64,000 bases of DNA from an uncultured candidate division Zixibacteria bacterium (GTDB taxonomy: Bacteria > Zixibacteria > MSB-5A5 > GN15 > FEB-12), in NCBI GenBank assembly GCA_963664195.1, contig OY760907.1, forward strand, positions 1,696,001 through 1,760,000, read 5' to 3'. Position numbers and translations under genes: made by a program. The notes beneath the pieces were generated by a model. It was given only the letters and a program-made list of their open reading frames with translations, was not told the origin of the DNA and made no database searches. Below are positions 56,592-64,000 of the stretch, in pieces. Position 1 is the stretch's first letter; every line of letters starts with the position of its first letter.

Positions 56592-58754
56592 CTACTCAGC
56601 TTTCCGATACTTCATCCCAAGCTGATCCATCAGAAACGCGTACTGATCTGCCTTCTTGTTAACGTTCTCCGTCAAACCTCCACGGTGCCCGTGCCCCGAC
56701 GCTTCACTGGTCCGCATCAGCAACGGATAATCAGAACTGTTTGCCTCCTGAAGCGCCGCAAGCATCTTGCGCGATTGCCATGGATTCACCCGGCCGTCGA
56801 ATGTCCCGACCGTGAACAACACAGCCGGATACGCAGTCCCCTCGACTACATGATGGTACGGTGAGTAAGCATACAGCGCGCGGAACTGCTCAGGATCCTT
56901 AACGGTTCCGTACTCGGTGATGTTAAACACGCCGTTCGGCTCAAGCTCCGTCCTCAGCATGTCATAGACACCGGCGCGAGAAACAACAACCCGGAACAAC
57001 TCAGGATGCTGTGTCATCACCGCGCCCATCAACAGCCCTCCGTTGGAGCCGCCCCAGATCGCCAGCTTCTTCGGAGTGGTGTAGGCGGAGTCGATCAAGT
57101 AATTCGCGCACGCGATGAAATCATCAAACACATTCTGTTTGTTCGTCAGGTAACCTTCCTTGTGCCAATCTTCCCCGTATTCACCGCCGCCACGTATGTT
57201 GGCCACGACGTACACCCCCCCCTGATCAAACCACAACCGACGGGTCACATCAAACTCCGGTGACTTGCAAATGCCGTATCCGCCGTAGCCGTATAGGATC
57301 GTTGGATTCTTTCCGTCGAGCTGTGTCCCCTTTTTTTGCATGATGTTCATCGGAATCTTCGTGCCGTCTTTCGACACCGCAAACTCCCGGACAACCTCGA
57401 TATCGTCGAAAGTTGCCGAACATTTCTTGATCAGCGCCGTTTTGTGCGTTTCGTTCTTGTCAGCCTCGAACCGATACCACGTGGGCGGCGCAACAAAACT
57501 GCTGCCGTTAAACAGAATATTGTCATCGCCAAGATCAACCAGACTGCCTGCCGAAGATACCGGTGGCGTACGAATAGGGGAGAGGAGCTTCCCCTGCAGG
57601 TCAAACATACGAATATCTCGCGGACCACCGGCCATATCGATGACATACAGGCGGCTATCGGTCGGAAGGTATTCGTAGATCGATACATCGCTCTCAGGCA
57701 CGACCACCTTAGCCTTCCTGGTATCTGTTTCTCCGGCGACCATCCGAAGAATGCGTCCGTTCGGAGCATCCTGATACGAAAGCATATACAGCGAATTGTC
57801 GGGACCGAACCGCACGGCACAAATCCCCTCGTCGAACTGTGTTACCTGGGCCCACTTGCCCGACTTATCGCGAAGGTAATGCGCGTACTCGCCGCCGTCA
57901 CCGTTGGCCACCGTTGCGAGAAACAGGGTTCCGTCGTGTGAGGCATCCAACCTGATCTCTGCAATCCGCGGGAAATCCTTGCCCACCTCGTACGTGTCCT
58001 CTTCGGTCGGTGTGCCCAGCCTGTGGCAATACACTTGCTGATAAAACGCGAGGTCTTCTTCCGGCCGCTCACCCGCGCGCGGGTACCGCGTGTAAAACAC
58101 GCCCGTACCGTCCTTGAACCAGGCGATACTTCCACCCGCTGTTGGACCGTTCACATACGGGATCCTGTCGCCCAGTCGTTTCCCCGATACGATGTCATAA
58201 AAAAACAGATCACCGATCTCGCTGCCTTTCTCAGACAGCGACACGGCCAGGACCTTGCCATCCGGCGAAGGACTGTAGAAATCAATTGTTGTGGTCGCTT
58301 CCGGGTTCAACACGTTCAAATCAAGCACCACGCGCTCACTGGAAGGATCATCGGCTGATTCCATTGCTACCAGTATCGACTGCTCGTGCGGTGGTTGTCT
58401 CTTAAGCGCAAACAACGTTCCGTTGCGGTGCTTGATACGGTAGTAGCTGGGAGTTTCCTCACCGAGCAGACCCTGCAGCCGCTTCTGTATCGCCGGACGA
58501 TCTGGCAGCGCATCGAGAATTGACCGTGCATACGCGTGCTGGGCGTCGTTCCACGCACGGACTTTCGGGTCCTTGTGATCCTCCAGCCAGCGGTACTGTT
58601 CTGTAACCTCGACACCATGATATGTGTCGGTAACTGCGATTTTGGGTGTATCAGGCAATTTCGATTCCTCCATACCGCCGGAACATCCGGCCAGCAACAA
58701 CGCCGCGACAGACACTGACAACGCAACCGGCAGTTGAATTGCGCGAATTGACAT
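56592..58754 (-). CDS. Prolyl oligopeptidase (S9A) lipoprotein
   Basis: Lipobox LAGC, YRWLED, YGYGG, RGGGEYG..WH, GGSNGGLL, D.RV and GHG. Confidence 0.93.
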   Translation of the reverse strand: MSIRAIQLPVALSVSVAALLLAGCSGGMEESKLPDTPKIAVTDTYHGVEVTEQYRWLEDHKDPKVRAWNDAQHAYARSILDALPDRPAIQKRLQGLLGEETPSYYRIKHRNGTLFALKRQPPHEQSILVAMESADDPSSERVVLDLNVLNPEATTTIDFYSPSPDGKVLAVSLSEKGSEIGDLFFYDIVSGKRLGDRIPYVNGPTAGGSIAWFKDGTGVFYTRYPRAGERPEEDLAFYQQVYCHRLGTPTEEDTYEVGKDFPRIAEIRLDASHDGTLFLATVANGDGGEYAHYLRDKSGKWAQVTQFDEGICAVRFGPDNSLYMLSYQDAPNGRILRMVAGETDTRKAKVVVPESDVSIYEYLPTDSRLYVIDMAGGPRDIRMFDLQGKLLSPIRTPPVSSAGSLVDLGDDNILFNGSSFVAPPTWYRFEADKNETHKTALIKKCSATFDDIEVVREFAVSKDGTKIPMNIMQKKGTQLDGKNPTILYGYGGYGICKSPEFDVTRRLWFDQGGVYVVANIRGGGEYGEDWHKEGYLTNKQNVFDDFIACANYLIDSAYTTPKKLAIWGGSNGGLLMGAVMTQHPELFRVVVSRAGVYDMLRTELEPNGVFNITEYGTVKDPEQFRALYAYSPYHHVVEGTAYPAVLFTVGTFDGRVNPWQSRKMLAALQEANSSDYPLLMRTSEASGHGHRGGLTENVNKKADQYAFLMDQLGMKYRKAE

Positions 58755-59070
58755 GCTACCAAAACTTGTCTTGATTGAAATGTAGATGGAACAGGCTACT
58801 TGAGACCACATTAGATAATCTCCTCGACAGGGGTAATGAGTCTGCTCCAAGATTATGAACAAACTTGTCCTTCAGCAAGAGTAAACAACGGACAGTCGGT
58901 CACGTTTATATCTATGTTGACTTCTGCTTGCAGGAGGCATTTAGTTGTATCTGAAAACACTAACGAGAGCAGAACGGCAAATGGAATCTTGTCGTTTCCG
59001 GAGAAGATCGCTCCCGGCAAACGCGTACGGGAAGCAACGATCATCAGAAATCGCTTGAGGAGTACATATC

Positions 59071-60003
59071 ATGAAGAGATTCTGTCTAACAGCTCTGGCT
59101 GCCGCGTTATTGCTGGCGGGCATCACCGGATGCGGAGAAAAAGAAAAGGCAGTCAAGGAATCGGAGACCACCGGCCTGCTTGTCGAACAGTTTGAGAAGT
59201 CAGATATTGCCAGGTCCTCGGAAGTCCGCCTGTTTGAGGGCGAGGCTCTTTTCGAGCATATCAACGGCGGTGCCGAGGTCTACCACCTGTACGGATTCAT
59301 CGAGGTTGCCACCGCCTACTACAAGCGCGGTGAAACCGAGGTCCTCGCTGATATATACAGGTTTGACAACGCCGACAACGCCTACGGGCTGTACACGACC
59401 CTCCGACCGGAAAACCCGTCGACCCACAGGCTCGGAGTCGAGGGCTTCTCGACTTCGTCAACCATAGTCTTCGTCAAGGGAGAGTACGTTGTCAAAATCA
59501 CCGGATACGACGAATCCGAAGAAACTGCGGGAGTCATGAACCCGCTGGCAAAGCACTTTGACCGCCTCCTTACCGGCAGCACGGACCGTCCTGAGATGTT
59601 CTCGAAATTCCCGACAGAATTCAGTGTCCCGCGCTCGGACAAGATCATCGCCGAATCATTCCTTGGACTCCGCGGTGCCAATCATGTGTACAGCCAGAAG
59701 TATGCGATTGATAATGACACGCTGACGCTATTCCTCGCCGCGGACGATGCTCACAAAACATTGGAGACCATCGCCGCGCAGCTTCGCGAAGGGCGCGAAA
59801 GGTTCGCCGTTTCCGCTGACCTGCCGTTCTCAGCCGATCAGTCACTGACCAGCGCACACGATCTCAAAACCGGCGTGGTTGACAGCTACTACGGCAAAAT
59901 TGTCGTGGGGCCAAAAGACGGATTCCTCGCCGGCGTGATCAATATGTCCGACTCTGAGAAATGCAAGAAACACGTTATTGATTGGCTGAACTCCCTGCCG
60001 TAG
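59071..60003 (+). CDS. Lipoprotein, DUF6599-like
   Basis: Lipobox ITGC, LFEHINGGAEVY..YGF, DIY.F.....AYG.Y and F.KG.Y.V.I. Confidence 0.7.
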   Translation: MKRFCLTALAAALLLAGITGCGEKEKAVKESETTGLLVEQFEKSDIARSSEVRLFEGEALFEHINGGAEVYHLYGFIEVATAYYKRGETEVLADIYRFDNADNAYGLYTTLRPENPSTHRLGVEGFSTSSTIVFVKGEYVVKITGYDESEETAGVMNPLAKHFDRLLTGSTDRPEMFSKFPTEFSVPRSDKIIAESFLGLRGANHVYSQKYAIDNDTLTLFLAADDAHKTLETIAAQLREGRERFAVSADLPFSADQSLTSAHDLKTGVVDSYYGKIVVGPKDGFLAGVINMSDSEKCKKHVIDWLNSLP

Positions 60004-60025
60004 ATAGCTGGGGGCTGTCCAAAAT

Positions 60026-60052
60026 GTAGGTCGAAACCCCTGCGGTTTCGAC
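60026..60052 (+). repeat. GTAG-type REP palindrome
   Basis: GTAG-GTCGAAACC-CCTGC-GGTTTCGAC. Confidence 0.75.
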
Positions 60053-60118
60053 AAGGCTGTGAGCGGCTGACGCCTATCCGCCTGTGGACGTCCCTCCGTC
60101 TGCCCCGGACCGAAGACC

Positions 60119-61345
60119 CTAGCAATACATCGTTTTCAACTCGTCTATCCGACGGTCAATATCCACTGTATTCGCGCACTGCGCAGTGCATTCCGAACAC
60201 GACGTGCATGCCTGCAAACCGCTCGCCTTCGGGATCTCATCAAGCGTCTGACGCGCCAGATAGAAATCCGAGTACTGTGCGGCATACATGTGCGTTCTCA
60301 TCAGAGTCGGAATATCCACTCCGCCGGGACAACTTGCCAGACATTGACGGCACTGACGGCAGAATCCAAGGCCCAGCTTGACGGCATTATCCGACAGGAA
60401 CTTCGCCTCGTTGTCGGTTAACTCAAGATTGCTCGCCACCGCAAAGTCTTCCTTCAGATGCTGATGATTGTTGTATCCAGCGATGATCGTATGTACGTAT
60501 TCATTTCTGAGCACCCACTTCAGACAGGCCGCAATGATGGTCGCCTGATCGTAGGATTGCCGAGTGTCCGGATTGGGCCAGCGAACTCCGCCCGCAGTGG
60601 TTTTCATGGCGACAATCCCGACTCCCGCCTTCGACGCATTGGCAACCGCCTGTACGAGCGCGGTGTCATCGGCCAGAGCGAAATTGAACGAGGTCAGGAT
60701 AACGTCCCATACTTTCGCCTTGACGGTGTCATCAATCACGGTCGCCATCTGTGAATGAGTTGTAATCCCTATCGCGCGTACCTTGCCAGTGTCTTTGAGA
60801 TGCTGCATTCCGTCCATGATCGCCTGATCGGAGGCGATTCCAGCCGCGGAAACGTCATGTACGTACAGGATATCGACATAGTCCGTTCTCAGCCTGCGAA
60901 GGCTGCCCTCCAGAAGCTTTTCCATTTTTGCGGTAACCGCGGCTCCCTCGACTCCGCGCCTCTGGTCCGGAGTGTAAATCTTGGAGGCGATGAACACCTT
61001 GTCGCGCACGCCCATCTTGCTGATCACGCCGCCGACCATTTGCTCGTTGGCACCGGTCTGATAGTTGGCCGCTGTGTCAAAATGCCGTACACCCATCTCG
61101 TAAGAGGCCTGCACCACTCCCGGGTTATTGCACGCGCCGACTCCCATGCTCACAATCGGATGCTCCATGCCCGTGCGGCCGAGCTTGCGCGTTATGATCC
61201 TGGCAGGGGCCTTCTCCGTTTCCTTTTTCGCTTCCTGGGCCAGCGACAGGGCAGGGGAGAGACCGGTCAACCCGGCCGTCACAAGTCCTGTGGCAGATGC
61301 AGCAAGAAATCTCCGCCGCGTTAGATCAGATTGCTTGTCACTCAT
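60119..61345 (-). CDS. Tat-signal aldo/keto reductase with a C-terminal Fe-S dicluster domain
   Basis: TRRRFL, RKLGRTG, FDTAANY, ASK, SLRRL.TDYVD...H, CRQCRQC...CP and CTSCSEC...C. Confidence 0.88.
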   Translation of the reverse strand: MSDKQSDLTRRRFLAASATGLVTAGLTGLSPALSLAQEAKKETEKAPARIITRKLGRTGMEHPIVSMGVGACNNPGVVQASYEMGVRHFDTAANYQTGANEQMVGGVISKMGVRDKVFIASKIYTPDQRRGVEGAAVTAKMEKLLEGSLRRLRTDYVDILYVHDVSAAGIASDQAIMDGMQHLKDTGKVRAIGITTHSQMATVIDDTVKAKVWDVILTSFNFALADDTALVQAVANASKAGVGIVAMKTTAGGVRWPNPDTRQSYDQATIIAACLKWVLRNEYVHTIIAGYNNHQHLKEDFAVASNLELTDNEAKFLSDNAVKLGLGFCRQCRQCLASCPGGVDIPTLMRTHMYAAQYSDFYLARQTLDEIPKASGLQACTSCSECTAQCANTVDIDRRIDELKTMYC

Positions 61346-61377
61346 GGTTTTCTTCCCTTCGCGTATCGAATATACCC

Positions 61378-62937
61378 TTATTGTCCGTTCTGAAGTCTCT
61401 CAAGACTTGTCTGCGCATTATTCAGCAGCGTCTCGCGAAGACCGGCGTTGATCTGCGTATCATTCGGCAGCACTTCGAGCACTTTCTGGTAGCATTCGAT
61501 TGCTTTCGCCTGATCGTTCACTCCCAGGCACCCGTCAGCGTAGCTGTCCCACACGTTGGCCGAGTTTGGATATGTCTCTGCGTTCATTCGAAAAATCGCG
61601 ACCGCTTCCTCGCCTCGACCCGCCCCCAGAAGCTGATATCCGGTCATGTTCAACGCAGCCTCCGCAATGACAATACATCCGGGATCCGCCTTTTGAAACC
61701 TGTCGTATATCGCCACCGCTTCGATTGCCCCGCGAGCGCGGATGATATCAAAGAACTGATCCTGTGTCGGCGGCTGTTCCTGTCCCGGTTTGTTTGTGAC
61801 TGTCGTTCCGGGAAGACTTGACCTTACAAACGCCAGACTCGTCTCATTCTTGTTCAGGCGGGCGTTGAAGAAGTTATAAACATACTTGCAGCAATTACAA
61901 TAGTCCTCAGTCGCCGCTCCGGTACCGCCTGTTGTTGTACTCTGAACCGCCGCGTAACAATCAAACGCGTTTGGCGCCAGTCCGGCGACACTTACATAGT
62001 CACGCTCCGTGTATTTCCACGAGTCCACCAGGCTCAAATCACACATCCCTTCGACACCGCTGTGTAGGTACATCGAGGGCACGTTCATCCTTTCCACATT
62101 CACAAACGGGCAAACTCTTGCGAATTCAACATGATCGGAAGCAACTTCCCAACCCGACAAACTCGCCACCGCGTCGACATCGAAATTCCGCATCTGAATC
62201 ACTTCGGAGACAAGCCCGCCGATTCCCGCCCCGAGCAACCCCAGTCTTCCAGAGTCGACATAATCCAATTCCCTGACGCGGGCAACTGCGAACTCACGGT
62301 CACGAGCCAGCGTCTCGAGATCAATCTGGGTTTCTCCCGGATTCATACCGGCTGTTCCAACCGAATGTGTTGCCGCCACTACAAACCCATGGCTCGCCAA
62401 ATACTCGCACATCAGCAAATTGTCACAATATCCGGTGGTGATCTGCGAACCGTACACGATCAACGGGAAATTCCCTTCGGCGTGTGCTGCATCTCTGACT
62501 GCCGCCATTTCGATATTCATCACATCGAGCACCGCCCCACGATCCCCACCCAAAACTATTCCCAGGACCTGCAACTCTCGCTGCTGAAGCGTCGTGACGA
62601 ACGGAAAGAAGTCGACATCCACCGGATTCGGGAACACGTATTCGCCGTACACCATCGATATCGCGTCGTCAGTCACTTCGGCCGGGTACCAGATGCAAAT
62701 CTGTATTGGACGGGCACGTTCACCCGGAATTGGATTTCCGAAATAGTCGTTTTTCGGACGTGAGGTCCGCGAGTAGTCATACTCTTCAATTGTCTCAAAA
62801 CCGACCGCGTACGGTCCGGCATCCAGCCCTTCCCACATTGGGGCAGTACTGGCACAGACCGTTGCGGCAGGCGCGGCCAGACACAAAAACAGCGCGACGC
62901 CTACCGGGCACAGGATTGCTTTCCAGTTAGTTGGCAT
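61378..62937 (-). CDS. Secreted alpha/beta-hydrolase-fold protein with C-terminal TPRs
   Basis: GPYAVG, RP....IWYPA, FPLIVY, EYLASHGFVV, D..RLG..G and N..GY.L....A...F..N...YP.SANVWDS. Confidence 0.8.
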   Translation of the reverse strand: MPTNWKAILCPVGVALFLCLAAPAATVCASTAPMWEGLDAGPYAVGFETIEEYDYSRTSRPKNDYFGNPIPGERARPIQICIWYPAEVTDDAISMVYGEYVFPNPVDVDFFPFVTTLQQRELQVLGIVLGGDRGAVLDVMNIEMAAVRDAAHAEGNFPLIVYGSQITTGYCDNLLMCEYLASHGFVVAATHSVGTAGMNPGETQIDLETLARDREFAVARVRELDYVDSGRLGLLGAGIGGLVSEVIQMRNFDVDAVASLSGWEVASDHVEFARVCPFVNVERMNVPSMYLHSGVEGMCDLSLVDSWKYTERDYVSVAGLAPNAFDCYAAVQSTTTGGTGAATEDYCNCCKYVYNFFNARLNKNETSLAFVRSSLPGTTVTNKPGQEQPPTQDQFFDIIRARGAIEAVAIYDRFQKADPGCIVIAEAALNMTGYQLLGAGRGEEAVAIFRMNAETYPNSANVWDSYADGCLGVNDQAKAIECYQKVLEVLPNDTQINAGLRETLLNNAQTSLERLQNGQ

Positions 62938-63339
62938 GATATGTTTCCACCGATTACGAGTGTTATGGGACCTTCCCATCCAATATATATACTGGCATTC
63001 CATTGCGGAAGCCACAAATTCTATGCTTTCTCTCTTGTATTCATGAGGCGCGGATAGACCGGTGTGTGGCCTGCCGAACCTGTCAGGCGTCCTTATGTAG
63101 ACGAATCAGCGGTGAAAATGTTTGAACGGGATGCCGTTTGCAGGACCAGCCCCTACACGAAGCATGTGTCTTCTTCAAAGCAGAGTGAAAGGTTATCTGG
63201 ACAGCACAGACAGTCAAGTCGGGCGAGCCAGCAATGAAGTCAGGCAGCCCAGGCAATCAAGTCTGGCTGAGCCTGTCGAAGCCTGCACCACTTGATTGCT
63301 AGCAGAGTATCCGCGACCCTGCGTCACCGCCACGAGCAA

Positions 63340-64000
63340 CTATTTCAACAGCACCATCTTCCGCGTCTCGACATGATCGTCAGACTCCAATCGATAGAAA
63401 TAAATGCCACCCGACACCAACTGCCCCCGCGTGTCCGTGCCATCCCAGGTCGACTGATACCGGCCCGGTCCGGTTTCGCGTGCCACCAGAACCTTGATTT
63501 CCTGGCCGAGGATATTGTACACGATCAGCGTCACGTACGATTGAACTGGCACCGTGTACTCAATCATAGTCTCCGGATTAAACGGATTAGGGTAGTTCTG
63601 ACTGAGCGTGAAATCGGTAGGCAGCTCGGGACCTGATGCTTCCTCTATGCCGATAGGCGCCAGCACGGAGATCACCACGGTATCGGAGGCCATGCCCAGA
63701 TTGAAATCCTGCACCGTGAATGTGAGATTAGTGTTGCCTGCGAAAGAAGGCAGAGCGCTCAAGGTCAGACTGCCGATCGACCCGTCGTAGTACGCCGTCA
63801 CGGAGTCGTTGCCGATTCCAAAAGAGTAACTCAGCGCCGAATCCGGCGTCTCAATGTCGGTGACAAAATCCCACACTGAGACTACATCACTTGTTCCGGC
63901 AGAGATCACCAGCGTGTCCGGAAATCCCTCTATCTCCGGCGGCTGGTTCGGCGTGGCACGAGTTACCAGCCAGAGACCGTCCTCGGCTATTCTAACGTCG
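63340..64000 (-). CDS. Partial secreted protein with one Ig-like unit and a FlgD-Ig/T9SS-like C-terminal domain (runs off the window end)
   Basis: Frame open to the window end: ..DGLWLVTRATPNQPPEI...QNYPNPFNP...GIYFYR...RKMVLLK. Confidence 0.85.
   Translation of the reverse strand, partial: DVRIAEDGLWLVTRATPNQPPEIEGFPDTLVISAGTSDVVSVWDFVTDIETPDSALSYSFGIGNDSVTAYYDGSIGSLTLSALPSFAGNTNLTFTVQDFNLGMASDTVVISVLAPIGIEEASGPELPTDFTLSQNYPNPFNPETMIEYTVPVQSYVTLIVYNILGQEIKVLVARETGPGRYQSTWDGTDTRGQLVSGGIYFYRLESDDHVETRKMVLLK

Overview
A 64 kb gene-dense bacterial window. Secreted proteins with dockerin-like and QNYPNPFNP/FlgD-Ig C-terminal domains suggest Zixibacteria or a related FCB-group lineage (inference). 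It holds an HMG-CoA-lyase-family/CoA-transferase III/LeuCD-like operon, a REP-associated tyrosine transposase flanked by REP doublets, and a radical SAM plus membrane-protein pair whose second gene is split by an intact IS256-family element. It also holds a ZnuA-type binding protein with a MacB/FtsX-type ABC transporter, two two-component systems next to ABC operons with visible binding sites, two DNA glycosylases, a 2020-aa Ig-repeat surface protein, metH-metF, a prolyl oligopeptidase and several secreted proteins. The top finding is absent from the ORF track: upstream of metH-metF is a short leader ORF with five alternating Met codons (MRMYMSMGM), followed by mutually exclusive protector, antiterminator and terminator hairpins. 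This is a candidate methionine-sensing, ribosome-mediated transcription attenuator. No rRNA, tRNA or CRISPR array was seen. All family assignments come from motif recognition by eye, not database searches.
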